From Camelus ferus (taxonomy: Eukaryota): DNA of 64,000 nucleotides. The first letter of the stretch is position 1; each line of letters begins with the position of its first letter. Below are positions 51,462-64,000 of this stretch, one piece after another. The position numbers and the translations under genes were made by a program. The notes beneath the pieces were generated by a model. It was not told where the DNA came from. It saw only the letters and a list, made by a program, of their open reading frames with translations, and searched no databases. The stretch spans positions 20,090,001 to 20,154,000 of the forward strand of contig NC_045696.1 in the NCBI RefSeq assembly GCF_009834535.1, read 5' to 3'.

Positions 51462-54357
51462 ATGGCAATAAGTACATACCTATCAATAAATGCTTTTTGT
51501 GTAAATGCTCCAATCAAAAGATATATAGTGACTGATTGGATTAAGACAAAAAAAAAAAAAAAAAAGCAAGACCCATCTATATGCTGCTTACAAAAGACTC
51601 ACTTCAAAGCTAAAGACTCACATAGACTGAAAGTGAGTGGATAGAAAAAGATATTTCACACAAATGGAAATGGCAAGTGGTGAGGGTAGCAATAGTCATA
51701 TCAGACAAAATAGACTTTAAAATCAAAATCTATATTAGGAAGGCAAAGATCATTATGTAATGATAAAGAAATTAATACAAGAAGAGGATATTATGCTCAT
51801 TTACATATATGGACCCAATACAGGAGCACTTAAATATATAAAGCGAGTATTAACAAAGCTTAAGGAAGACATTGACAATGATGCAATAATATGAGAGGAT
51901 TTTAACACCTCACTTAAATTAATGGATAGATCATTCAGACAGAAAACCAATGAGGCAGCAGTTGTTTTAATGGTATAATAAACCAGTTGGATTTAACAGA
52001 TATCTATAGGACATTCCATCCAAAAACAGCAGAATACACATTCTTTTCGAGTGTACATGGAATGTTCTCCAGGATAGATTACATGCTAGGCAACAAAAAA
52101 AACTCAACAAATTAAGGGGTTAGAAATTATATCAAGAATTTTTTTTTCTGACCACAGTAGCATGAAAGTAGAAATCAATTACAGGATTAAAAATGGGAAA
52201 AGCACAAACATGTGGAAACTAAAAAAGAAGTTACTAAAAAAAAAAGTAGATCAATGAAGAAATCAAAGAAGAAATCAGAAAATACCTCAAGACAAATGAA
52301 AATGCACACAAAACTCTTCAAAATCTATGCAATACAGCCAAAACAGGGAAGTTTATAGCAATATAGGTCTAGCTGAAGAAAAGAAGAAAAACATCAAATA
52401 AACAATCTAACCTGCCACATAAAAGAATTAGAAAAAGAAGAACAAACGAAGCAGACAGTCAGCAGAAGAAAGGAAATAATAATGACCAGAGAGGAAATAA
52501 AGGAAATAGAGACCAAAAAGATAAAAAAGATCAATAAAATCAAGAGCTGGTCTTTTGAAAAGTAAACAAAATTGATTAATCTTTAGCCAGGCTCATCAAG
52601 AAAATAAAAATGAGGACCAAAATAAACAATATAAAAAATGAAAGAGAAGAAATAACAACCAATACCACAAAGACACAAAAATCGTAAGAGAATACTATTA
52701 GGTTATATGCTAACAAATTGGACATCCTAGATGAAATGGACAAATTTCTAGAAACATATAACCATCCAAGATTGAATCAGGAATAAACAGATAATCTGAA
52801 CAGACCAATCACTAGTACTGAAATTGAATGTAAAAAACAAAACAAAACAAAACAAAAAACTCCCAGCAAACAAATGTCCAGGCTCCACAGGGGAATTCTA
52901 CCAAGCGTATAAAGAAAAACCAATACCTATACTTCTCAAATTATTCTAAAGATTGAAGAGGATGGGACACTTCCAAATTCATTCTACAAGGCCACTCTTA
53001 CCCTGATACCAAAACCAAAGACACTACAAAAAAAGAAAATTTCAGGCCAATATCTTTGATGAGTGTAGATGAAAAAATACTCAACAAACCATTAGTAAAC
53101 CAAACCCAACAATATGTAAAAAAGATAATCGACCATGATCAAGTGGGCTTTATTCCAAGGATGCAAGAATGGTTCAATATTTGCAAATCAATCAGTGTGA
53201 TACACTATATTAAAAGAGGAAAGATGAAAATCACATGATCAGTGCAATAGACACAGAAAAAGCAATTGACAAAATTCAACATCCATCCATGATAAGGTAC
53301 AGAGGGAACATACCTCAACATAATAAAGGCCATTTATATTAAACCCATAGCTAACATCATATTCAATGGTGAAAAGCTGAAAACCTTTGCTCTAATTTCA
53401 GGAGCAAGACAAGGATGTCTACTCTTGTCACTTCTATTTAACATAGTATTGGATGTTCAAGCCACAGCAATCAGACAAGAAAAAAAAAAAAAAAAGACAT
53501 CCAAACTGAAGAGGAAGAGGTAAAATTGTCAGTCTTTGCAGATAACATAATACTACATATAGAAAACCATAAAGTCTCCAATAAAAAGCTATAAGAACTA
53601 ATAAGTGAACTTAGTAAAGTTACAGGATACAGATTAATATACAGAAATCTGTTTCCTTTCTATATAACAATGAACTATCAAAAAAAGAAAACAAACAAAA
53701 ATCTTGTTCAAAATAGCATCAAAAAGAATGAAATATCTAGGAATAAACTTAACCAAGAAGGGGAAAGACCTATACTCTGAAAGCTATAAAACATTGATAA
53801 AGGAATTTGATGATTATACATAGACATGGAAAATACCCTGTGTTCATAAGTTAGAAGAATAAATATTGTTAAAATGACCATACTACCCAAAGCAATCTAC
53901 AGATTTAATGCAATCACTATCAAAATACCCATGACATTTTTCACAGAACTAGAATAAATAATCCTAGGATTTATGTAGAGCCACAAAAGACCCTGAATTG
54001 CCAAAGCAATCTTGAGTAAAAATAACAAAGCTGGAGATACCACTTTCCCAGACTTCAGATTATACTACGAAGCTACAATATCAAAAAATATGATACTGGC
54101 ACTAAAACAGACACATAGATCAATGGAACCGAATAGAGAGCCCAGAAATAAACCTGCATACCAATGGTCAATTAATCATGACAAAGGAGTCAAGAATATA
54201 CAGTGGAGAAAAGACAGCCTCTTCAGTACATGGTGCTGGAAACACTGGACAGTTACATGTAAAAGAATGAGATTAGAACATTTCCTCACACCATATACAA
54301 AATTAAACTCAAAATGGATAAAGACCTATATGTAAGACCTGAAACCATTAAACTACT
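51462..54357 (+). pseudogene. L1 ORF2 remnant (endonuclease and reverse transcriptase), disrupted and C-terminally truncated
   Basis: ORF-track fragments at 51462, 53056 and 54012 are L1 ORF2 peptides; the catalytic FADD motif reads FADN at 53535-53546. Confidence 0.9.
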
Positions 54358-55244
54358 AGTAGCCCTTGTTTCACAAAAGTATTTAGATCACAATTGGGAG
54401 ATATGTTCTGGATTTTTGGTTGAAGTATAAATGTTGGGAGGTAAAGCCATATTGTATCATTGTGCATTTCGTCCGAACAAACAGTTGACTACAAAGATGG
54501 GAGAAGAGGATAACATAGAAGTGCCTCACAGAGGAGCTAATATAAATCTAGATATTTTAAATGAAATTCCCTGTTATTATTATACAATGTTTTCCCTAAT
54601 TTAGTATGTAGAATATATATAATTTAATATTTGTTTGTTTCATGGAGTTGGGAAGGTAGCTAAATGAAATCATTAGTAAAGTTTCTACTAACAATACCAT
54701 AACATTCAAGTATAGAGATGAAATGTACTAAAGTATTGCTTTATTAAGAAACTTGAACCCATTGTCTCATTAAGCTCTCACAAATTCGTATGAAGTCAGT
54801 CTTATAATTTTAGAGGTACATCATCATTGACAGGAGTTCCAATGACTGCACAGTGAGAAAATATGAAATTGTTAAGACAATCATTTCTGAATTAACATGT
54901 AACTGTAGTGGCAGGCTTGTTAATCTTTTTGATGGGAGGGAATTAAAAATGAATGAAGGTTGTGAAATAGTACATTGAGAGAAGCATATTCTATTTTATA
55001 AGTCTTGATCAGAAAATCTACATTTGCACTTGTGGGAAAAGTCCATGTCCTAGCTCCCACGATGTGACAAACATTGTAGCATCAATAAATTGCCTAAGAT
55101 TCTGAGAGCCAGAATAAACTTTATATAGGAGTGACTATCTAGGATTCAAGATTGTATTGCTAAAGTGATCTTGGTAGCTACAACATCTAGTGATTTGGAG
55201 GAAACTTACCACAAGGGGCAGCTTCTTTATTTTCTGATGCGAAG

Positions 55245-55460
55245 AGAAATAACCTCCATGGAGTACTGTATGCTAGGCACCATAGTAGGGCTTTGCATGA
55301 GCAATTCCACTTATTCTTCAAAACCACTTTGTGAGACTGAGATTACTGAACCCATTGTAAAAAAGTCCTTGAGGTTCAAAAAGATTTCATGTGGTCACAC
55401 TGTTGAGAAGTGGTAGAGGCAGAATATATGCATAAATATGTAATGACCCTGTGCTCTTAT
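55245..55460 (-). mobile_element. MIR SINE
   Basis: 'gagtactgtatgctaggcacc...ttattcttcaaaaccactttgtgag...ggtcacact...aagtggtagaggcagaat'. Confidence 0.7.
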
Positions 55461-55649
55461 TGGTTCAAAATATTTATAGTTCTTTTATGGTTGGAGTAAG
55501 GAAAGGGAATAAACCTCCATCTATGAAATAAAGACCTTTAAGGAACTCAGCTGTGAACAATTTGAAAACCACATGTTGATTACAGGATATACCCAACCGA
55601 CTCAAAACCAACCTATCATTATCTCTTTTTTTTGTCTATTATATATGTC

Positions 55650-55930
55650 AATCACTTGGATTGTGCTGTCCCGTGCAGTCATTGCTTTTGAGGTCCCCAT
55701 AGTCTAGCAGAAACAGGTATGAAAGCAATAAAATACAATGCATCTCAGATGCCCTACAAGAAATAGATACATGTATCCTAGATAGACAAAGGAAAGAATT
55801 GTCAGTTTATTCAGGAAGCTTGAAAGAGCCTTCACAATGTGGAGACCCTTCACAGGTACTTTAAAAGAAAGAGACTTGTGGGATTTTCAAAAGATTTGCA
55901 TGGAGGGAAATAATATTTCTGTGGCTTTCT
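55650..55930 (-). mobile_element. L2 fragment
   Basis: 'cattgcttttgaggtccccatagtctagcag'...'aaagagccttcacaatgtggagaccctt'. Confidence 0.55.
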
Positions 55931-56289
55931 TGTAAATAAGCTCGACTCTATTTCGATGACCTAAATTTAATTAGAAGAAAAAAAGTTCATTTATACACTA
56001 AGTCCTTCGACAAAAAGGAGTCAAAATCATTTCAGGTGAAGCTGGGGAATTTGAGGAGAAGCTTTATTTTCTGAAATATAGTAGAAGTGTTAATGATCAG
56101 TTGGTTTAATAAGTCATATCTTGTGCACAATTCATCTCAATCACTTATTGAGTAATAATCCATTTTTCTAGTGGCTGGAACATTCTAGTACAATTAACAA
56201 AGGCTACCAGAGCAGAGAAGGTAGAATACTAAATGTTTCAAAGTGAAAAAAAAAAAAGTACTCTGATTACCTATGTAATAGACCATGTC

Positions 56290-56410
56290 ACCAAGGAAGG
56301 AACTGGCGCTTGATGAGATGTAACTTGCCCAAAATCAAGCAACTGAACAAATATTAGATTTGAGATTGACTTCTGGTCTTCTCTTTCCAACATCAACGTT
56401 TCTACCACTG
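56290..56410 (-). mobile_element. MIR fragment
   Basis: 'ggaactggcgc...gagatgtaacttgcccaaaatca'. Confidence 0.6.
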
Positions 56411-56574
56411 AAGAGGACCAGAGATTTTCTCAGATTTTCATTATCTGAGAGCTTGGATTGGATTCATAAACTGGAGCTTGGATTGCTATTTTTCCAACTT
56501 AACCTTTCTCTGAAAACAACGCATATCACTTTTTTTTTAACTTTTAGGAAACATATTCTTTGATCTAGCAACCT

Positions 56575-56997
56575 TGATTTTACAAGTTGAGTCTTCCAGA
56601 GGCAGATTTTGATATGGAGTCTGGGGTGCCAAATATTTAGCAAGGATCGACACTTGTGAAAAGAAGGAGGCAGACTCAGGATTTGGCAGGGGAAGGAATC
56701 AAATTGCTTTCACAGAGGTGACAAAGCTTGGGCTAATCCCACAGGAAGCTGTGGGGTAAAGATTGCTGGTCAGAAAGCCCACATTGAGCTGAAATTGTCC
56801 ATCCTTTATACCCCCCACCTGAAAAACAACTGTATGCAGATTTCTTGGAAGGATGTGGTCCTTGGAAAGGTAACTCCTCGGATGGAGACTAGGTCCTAAA
56901 AGGAGCTGACAGCTGGAGTCCGTCCCTGAATTCCCAGGACTGGCAGCAAGTCTTTCATTAAAGGAGCAGCTGGGCCGTGCATCTCTATGTCTGTCTT
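56575..56997 (-). mobile_element. LTR16-like ERVL LTR
   Basis: 'aggcagattttgatatggagt...acacttgtgaaaagaaggagg...caggatttggcagggg', 'cctttataccccc', 'ggagctgacagctgg'. Confidence 0.75.
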
Positions 56998-57709
56998 ATC
57001 TTGTATCCTGGCAATGACCTTGATTCTCCTCTATTTCTTCAGAATCTTTTAAATGAAAAGTCTGCCCTTCTATCAGAGTTATTTCTTCCATCATATTTTG
57101 CAACCACTCAGTCTCTCTAATGACTCAGTAAAGGTGGACTCATTTTCCTCCAGTCCTTCTCTTTGAACATTTTGAATGTTCAAAATGTGTTCACGGCACA
57201 TACCTGTAACCAGGACCCCTGAGCAGAAAGGTCAACATGACCTGGAGATGGCAGGTCCCTGGAACAGTGCCTTTGCTTTCTGTAACTTCACAGTTCCAAT
57301 GTGACCTCACTGTACTTCTCCCAGCACATTAAAGTTCTGCTGGTCAGTTAACTCTATGAATCCAAGTTCTTAGTCACACAGGTTCTCAGAGGAACTGAGC
57401 CTTTAAGCTCCCTGATGGTGCCCCATATGGTCCTTTTTAACCTCAACTGAACTCCCGTTGCTTGCTCAGACACAATTTAGCCAAGACTAAAAAGTCAACA
57501 AACCCAGAGATCTTTAATCAGTTTTCTGAAATCTCTTAACTTACTACATATTTTTCCTTACTTTTCACCGCTGAATTCAATGCCACAGTCAAATGCTACT
57601 TCGTCAAATACATAACCTACGACATTCTTTACCTCATTTATTCAACAGCAGGGCTGAGGAAAGCCAGTGAATATGCAAGCGGTTGATGTTAGTTATATTA
57701 CTATTATAA

Positions 57710-57875
57710 GATAGATATCTTTTACAAATTACTTAGCCTCTTTTAATCTTTTGCTGCTGTTGTTCATTTGAAAAGGGGGTTAATGATACCTATACTGGAA
57801 TGCAATGTGAATATTAAATATGACACTGTATTTAAGTTCTTGACATATGTAAACACTCAAACACTTTGATGACCT
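57710..57875 (+). mobile_element. MIR fragment
   Basis: 'caaattacttagcctct...ttcatttgaaaagggggttaatgatacct...gtgaatattaaatatga'. Confidence 0.6.
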
Positions 57876-58998
57876 TTGCTTAACATTCAATTTCATTTTA
57901 TTTGCCTTTCCGCTAATTCAAGCATTCCCACTGTCACATCTTAAATACAGTCTCACTGCAATTTTAAATGTTACTATGAATCTTACTCAGTGAAACACTG
58001 GTTGAAAATCTAGAAAACAAATTAAAATAACCCACTTTATCCTACTTTTTAAAATTTTGGTCTTTTAAAACACACGTTTGTCATTTATCTTTAGAGAATA
58101 TACCCTAGAGAAAAGCCATCATAATTTTATAATTTTTCTTCTCTTTCTCTCTCCTTTTTTTTTTACCTTTCCAAAGTAGATTTCTCTCCATTTATCCCAG
58201 CCCTCATACAGCACGCAGTATATCCATTTATGACTTTGACATTTATCATTGATTGGACTTTACAAGCATTACAATAATGATGACTATTGCAATGAAAATG
58301 TCATTTTCTACATACAAACTTCGGCCTACTTTTTAAATTTAACTTCCGATCTTTAAGCAACATAGATACCTAGAAAGATAAGAAGAATGTTATAATTCAA
58401 TTTTATTTGGAGGCATAAAGGATTACTTTCCCTTTTTAAAAAGACTGATCTCTTCAGCTTTTCTCTGCATTTTATTCAGAAAGATAAATAGGAGTTAAAA
58501 AATAGCGTGTCTCTTTTGTCCCATTTGATAGAGTTGAAGATAACAACTTTAGATTAAATTTTGGAGATATACACACACACACACACAAACATACACACAT
58601 GCATAAACTCATACATAAATACATACAGCCACAGAAATAATGTTTATAAAGTTAAAATGTAGTTTTGGAGTGTATCATATTAATGTATTGTCAAACATCT
58701 CCCCTGTTTAATTCAAAACTTTCATGAGGTTAAAAAAAAAACTAAACTAAATCTCATTTACTACTCTTATTTATGATTGAGTTGATAAAGTCTTAGTTTT
58801 ATTTTGTTCACATCAAACTAATCTTTTAGTAAATACTAACCTGTGGATTTGTTTTGAAAAATTCTACTTAGAGTTATGTCTGGCTGTATCGGTTTCATTA
58901 TGGTTGAAATCCAATGCTGGTAAGAGAAATATATGTGTGTTTTGAAGTAAAACTTGTATGAGGGGTAAAACATGAGAAAAATTCCATAGAGCTTATTT

Positions 58999-59505
58999 AT
59001 TTATTTATTTAAAAAATTTTATTGAAATATAGTCAGTTTACAATGCTGTGCCAATTTCTGGTGTACAGCATAATGCTTCAGTCATACATGAACACACACA
59101 TATTTGTTTTCATATTCTTTTTCACCATAAGTTACTACAAGATATTGAATATAGCTCCCTGTGCTGTACAGTATGAACTTGTTGTTTATCTATTTTATAT
59201 ATACTAGTTAGTATCTGCAAATCTTGAACTCCCAATTTATTCCTTCCCACCCACTTTCCCCCCTGGTAACTGTAAGTTTGTTTTCTATGTTCTTGAGTCT
59301 GTTTCTGTTTTGTAAATAAGTTCTCTTGTCTTTTTTTTTTTTTTCAGATTCTACATATAAGTGATACCATGTGGATGGTATTTTTCTTTCTCTTTCTGGC
59401 TTACTTCACTTAGAATGACAATCTTCAAGTCCATCCATGTTGCTGAAAATGGCATTATTTTATTATTTTTTATGGCTGAATACTATTCATTGTATAAATA
59501 TACCA
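58999..59505 (-). mobile_element. Young 5'-truncated L1 3' end (camelid-type)
   Basis: (TTTA)n tail, L1 3'UTR/ORF2 end; perfect 14-bp TSD catagagcttattt (58985-58998 / 59506-59519). Confidence 0.92.
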
Positions 59506-59894
59506 CATAGAGCTTATTTCTTACCTTTGTATTTAAGTGTGAATCATTTAAACTTTTACTGGAAGGTGCTTTAAAAAATTAACTTTGCAGAATTACTGGA
59601 ATATGTTGGCTACTTACCTTTTAGAAGTAAACAAGTTACATGGTAGTGCTGCTTTTTTTTTTTTTTTTTCCATGTTAAAAACAAAAGACAGTGAAATCCC
59701 AGCCTCACAAAGGACTTACCCCTCAAAAGGCTTTTTTGGGAGAAAGTTCTCAGAAGGAAATGACTACATAGGATGAACTTACAATGTTTGCAACAAAAGC
59801 TCCAAACTGATGATTTCAGAGCCTTCACATAGTAATATGTCAGAACATCCATTTATTGCTTCATCCAATAAGGTTTAAAAATGAGTTACTTGAT

Positions 59895-60495
59895 TAATTT
59901 TTGTGGTAAAATATACATAACATCAAATTTTCCATTTTAGCCATTTTTAAGTGTACAGTTCAGTGGTATTAAACGACATTCACATTTTTGTGCTACCATC
60001 ACCACCGTCCACTTCGAGACCTTTTGTCATCTTCCCAGATGGAAGCTATGTATCCTTTAAATGATAACTCTATTCCCAGCTTCTCTCAGCTCCAAGAAAC
60101 CTCCATTTTACTTTTATTTCTATGAATTTGACAAGTCTAAGTACCTGATATGAGTGGATTCATTATAGTATTTGTCCTTTTGTGACTTGCTTATTTCACT
60201 TACCATGATGTCTTAGATTCATCTATGTTTTAGCATAGGTCAAAATTTCCATCCTTTTAAAGGCTAAATAATAACCTATACACACACACATGTGTCTATA
60301 TAAATACATGTATACACACACACATATACAAACACACACATAAACAAATTTTGTTTATGCATTTATCCAATCATGGATACCCAGATTTCCTCCACATTTT
60401 GGCTGCTGTAAATAATCCTGCAATGAACATGGTTGTACAAATATTTAGTTTTCCATTCTGTTAGTTGTATACCCAGAAGTGGCACTGATGGTAAT
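59895..60495 (-). mobile_element. L1MB-like 3' end with internal (CA)/(TA) microsatellite
   Basis: 'ttgtggtaaaatatacataacatcaaattttccattttagccatttttaagtgtacagttcagtgg'...'tatacccagaagtgg'. Confidence 0.85.
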
Positions 60496-61489
60496 TTAAA
60501 TATTGTGGAGATCAAAAAAATGATATTAAAATATTAATTTAGAAGCTAAAGTTTTGAATGTCATTATGATTTACAGCACTCCTGCTTTAGGTACAGCAAA
60601 GTTAGGTACTGCTTTAGTTAAAGTTATCATACTCTCAGCTTCTGATACTAGTGGAAGTAGAGCCAAGGAGGTTATCCTTCACCCTTCAGAGAGAAAAGTA
60701 AATAGGGAGTGAGGAGAGAGGTCATCAATATTACTCATGGGAATCCCACCACATGAAAACTGATGACATGGAAATGGAAATGCTTCTTATAATCCCCAAG
60801 GTTTTTCTCTTTTAATGCATTGGGTTTAACCAAAAAGCCCTTAACCTATCAGGATGGGTTAATCTCCCATTGGTGGGCAGATTAGTGTTTGCCCCCAAAA
60901 GGCCCTTGAAAAAGTGTGAATTAAGCTGGCTTTAGTACTCTCAGATACCCTGCACTTAAATTTTACTGAATTTAAAAAGTACCAGCAAACTCTGCTACAA
61001 CAGTTGATTTCCCAAACAAACTGAAGCTCACCAAACTCATTGCTGAATCCTGACCCTCATTTTTGGTGCCAAAGATGAAAGCAAAGGCTCAGTGTTCCAT
61101 AAGGTGGTGATAAATGTAGTGCCCCCCTCACCCCAGCATGCCAGCCCTCCTGGGTCGGTTGTTCAGTCATCTCTACCTTTGTGCTTGCTTTTTATCTAAA
61201 GGCCTTGCACATCAAACAGTTCATTACGGCATCATCCAATTACCATGGGAAGGAGGGACATCTCCTTTCAGAGAGAGGCGTATGCTACACTTGTGCCTTC
61301 TGGAAAAGTCATCAAATCTGTAGCAAATCCAAACCCTTCTAACTTGTCCTTCCCCCTGGAGTCCTGTCCTCCTGGCCCTTGTTGAGTGACACAGTATCCC
61401 CTTCCCCACATCTTTTGGGAGTAAGTATTTTGGGCTTTGTTTCTGCCTTTTAGCATGAAATCTCTAACCTTAAGAAACCTACCTGTGTC

Positions 61490-61678
61490 AACACATTTAT
61501 TTCCCCGGTGCATGTGGAACATTCTCTAGGGTAGACCATATACTAAACTGTAAAGTAAGTCCTCATAAATTTAAGAAATCATACAAAGTATATTCTTCAA
61601 CCATGATGAAATCAAATGAGAAATCAGTATCAGAAGGAAATATGAGAAATTCACAGATAACATGGAAATTAAACAAGG
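61490..61678 (+). mobile_element. L1 ORF2 endonuclease-region fragment
   Basis: 'gtgcatgtggaacattctctagggtagaccatatact'...'catggaaattaaacaa', homologous to 52050-52220. Confidence 0.8.
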
Positions 61679-62094
61679 CTGAAGAATCTGCTTCTGCAGG
61701 TTCCTGAACTGTGACTTCTGGAGGCAGAGCCCCTGCGAGCCTGGAGAGGGAGCGTCAGTATCTTTGCACGTGTCCTTCCCTAAAGCCTGGTCACCCATGG
61801 ATTTTGGATGCACTGAATGTATATTCTCCTACAACAGCAATGCCTATCTGAAGTTAAGGGCTATGCTCTGATTTTTTTTTTTTTTCTCTTCTATTACTCT
61901 TCTAATCATTTCAGGAGGGTTTGATTAAGACCCTAGATTCTGAATTGCTTCTCAGTTGTCTCTTTATGAAAGGCTGACACACTGTACTGGATGTTAGTAT
62001 TCTTTCCTTCTATTTTATCTTTGTCTGCTAAGATTTTTATTTTTCCATAACACCATCCAACAGCTGTTGTCTTGTGACTGGTGAAGTGCACAAA

Positions 62095-62250
62095 CTCTCC
62101 CACTTCCTAGTCATGTGAACTTTCTATGCTCAGGTTTCCTCCAGTAAAATGGGGGAGGAGGGAGTTGTAATGCATGTAAGTTAATACGCATATACGAATG
62201 TAGCACGGTATCTGATACACAGAAACCGTGTTATGTGTTTTCCATCATTT
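62095..62250 (+). mobile_element. MIR fragment
   Basis: 'ccacttcctagtcatgtgaac...ctcaggtttcctccagtaaaatgggg'. Confidence 0.65.
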
Positions 62251-62499
62251 CCTAATCAAATATTGTTCTTTCCATCTGCAACACTGCTCACATATTATTT
62301 AATCTTCAAACTTCTGCCTGGTTAATTTAAACTCTTTTTCCTTTTTTCTTGTTTTCTATTTCTTTTGTGTTTGCCCCTCCCCCTTGTCTTTTGGAACTCA
62401 AGTGCAAACAATTGGCTTGATCAAAATCCCTGATTTGTTACACACTAACTTCATTGGTACAGACATGTACATTTATTATTATTAATTATTTTCTTAAAA

Positions 62500-62970
62500 T
62501 ATTTATTTTTATAGTAGGATGAACAGCCACAAATCCACTGCCAAAGATGAGGATGAATTAACATCAGTAATGCTTGTTTATCTGCTGGTTCCACTCCTAT
62601 CGCTCTTAAAAGTAATTCCTACTTTGAATTTGAGGCTTACCACACCCTGCTTTATTTTTTTTGTCTATCTATACATATGTAAAATATAGTATTTTACTTA
62701 CATTTAAATGTTATATAAAATTGTCTCCTATTAATAGCCTTCTGGGACTTGCTTTCTTGACCCAATATTTGTTACTAATATTCATTTAGGTGGTTCCTTC
62801 ATTTTCACAGCTGTGTAACTAACTGTGTACATTTTCTACATTACAGTTACCCACTGGATCAGTGTCTGGGTTGGCTCCAGTATGTTATTCAAACACAATA
62901 TTATTCAGTGATCTGACTCTTTAGATGCCTCAGGCACACAGATATTGAAGCTGTTTTTGAGTACATAACA
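62500..62970 (-). mobile_element. Old L1 (L1ME-like) 3' region, interrupted by an LTR and resuming ~63465-63580
   Basis: 'ccttctgggacttgctttctt', 'ttcattttcacagctgtgta'; after the LTR 'ttttccaaagtagtttatacattt'. Confidence 0.6.
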
Positions 62971-62971
62971 C

Positions 62972-63463
62972 TGGGCGGATAAGTGGAGGAGATGGAAGAC
63001 GGTCCAGAAGATGGTGCGGTGCCCTCCTCCAGCATAAGGGAGTTTTACTTCTTCTAAATGAGTAAGAAACTGGTTAAAATCCAATAGCCACAACTTCGAG
63101 GTAACATGAGCCAACGTTCATTCTATTATAATTAACATTGCAGTTTAGGCCCCGCCGTGGGTTTTTCTGTGTACACCATAAGTAAGGACATGCGCAAAGG
63201 GGCCAAACATGACTAAGCATTCCGGGGACTAGAGCCGTCAATCCAACAGGAAATCACCTGTAAGCAGGTGTAAGAGAAAGGGCAGACAGAGACCACTGCG
63301 TTTCCCCCGTGGATCAGCCCACCTCCTGTTCTTGGAGGTGTATTTCTCCTTTTCTAAATAAATCTTTTAAAATCCTTCTCTACACAATATACCATCTCCC
63401 AACTGTAAACTTATCTTTAGAGTATGACAAAAACTGAGGTCTTTTCCTTTTTCGGGAGTAACA
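62972..63463 (+). mobile_element. ERV1-type solo LTR
   Basis: CpG-richer block; AATAAA near 63357; U5-like 'gacaaaaactgagg...gggagtaaca'; 5' end and TSD degenerate. Confidence 0.7.
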
Positions 63464-63582
63464 AACCTAACAATATAAATGCCAGTTGTTGTTTTTTTTT
63501 CCAAAGTAGTTTATACATTTAATATCAAGAAAACATTTTTAGCCCACAGCCACTCCAATAGTTGTGTTCTCAGATTTTTAAA

Positions 63583-63689
63583 GTTTTTTTTTAATTTTAA
63601 TTTTTTTTAAATGGAAGTAGTGGGGGTTGAACCCAGGACCTCATGCATGCTAAGCAGGCACTCTACCACTGAGCTATTACCCTCCCTCG
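63583..63689 (-). mobile_element. tRNA-derived SINE (camelid-type)
   Basis: Minus strand 'agctcagtggtagagtgcctgcttagcatgcatgaggtcctgggttcaacccc' with clear A and B boxes; 11-bp TSD agatttttaaa (63572-63582 / 63690-63700). Confidence 0.92.
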
Positions 63690-64000
63690 AGATTTTTAAA
63701 TTTAACACAGATGAATAAGTGTAAAACTGAATTTTATTTGTATTTTATTCTCTCTTCCTTTCCATTCCAATACTATAATGACATTTTAAATTCAAATGAC
63801 CCCAATTCTTTCTTGATTTCTGGTACAAAATTGATTTCAAGATTATTTTAGACATGTCTTAAAATTTTCCTTTCAAGTCTTTACTTTGAAATAATTTCCA
63901 CAAGTTGTTTTTCTATTTCCACCAAATAATATCACATATTCCAGATGGACTCCATTGCTTACATTTTTTTCTCCTGTTCACAAAATGTACTACTTTTTCT

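Larger units (their letters stand above)
49450..54357 (+). mobile_element. L1 element with 5' region, ORF1, long inter-ORF spacer and ORF2; 3' end missing
   Basis: GC-richer 5' region; ORF1 from 50111; ORF2 from 51462 (MAISTYLSI...QDPSICCLQKTH); RT segment [20 protein letters not shown]; similarity ends at 'gaaaccattaaactactag'. Confidence 0.95.

Noticed and set aside
63610..63689. tRNA gene (also 38925-39000)
   Set aside because: A/B boxes are present, but the A-rich tail and TSD show these are SINEs

Overview
Mammalian, AT-rich, non-coding (intergenic or deep intronic) DNA. The tRNA-derived SINEs and the young L1 3' ends look camelid (Vicugna/Camelus); this is recognition from memory, not a database result. 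I found no host protein-coding exon, RNA gene or CRISPR array. The ORF track is mostly chance ORFs, microsatellite read-through or decayed L1 ORF1/ORF2. The window is a layered record of transposable elements: L1 copies of several ages (including a ~4.9 kb 3'-truncated copy), L2, MIR, hAT and Tigger MITEs, MaLR/ERVL/ERV1 solo LTRs and two SINEs. Many have readable target-site duplications (TSDs). The most unusual structure is five solo LTRs within 20059-23685. Two pairs of them abut with only a shared 4-bp target motif between them (GTAG-A-GTGG-B-GTAG and CTTT-C-CTTT-D-CTAT), and the cluster is bracketed by inverted copies of one LTR family. Other points of interest are a probable L1 3' transduction (47247-47437), a near-consensus CTCF motif inside an LTR (35829-35846) and a repeat-poor, motif-rich block (~6000-14200) that may hold enhancers. 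Repeat family names are by-eye assignments and need RepeatMasker/Dfam confirmation. I see no convincing evidence of a wholly new biological system.
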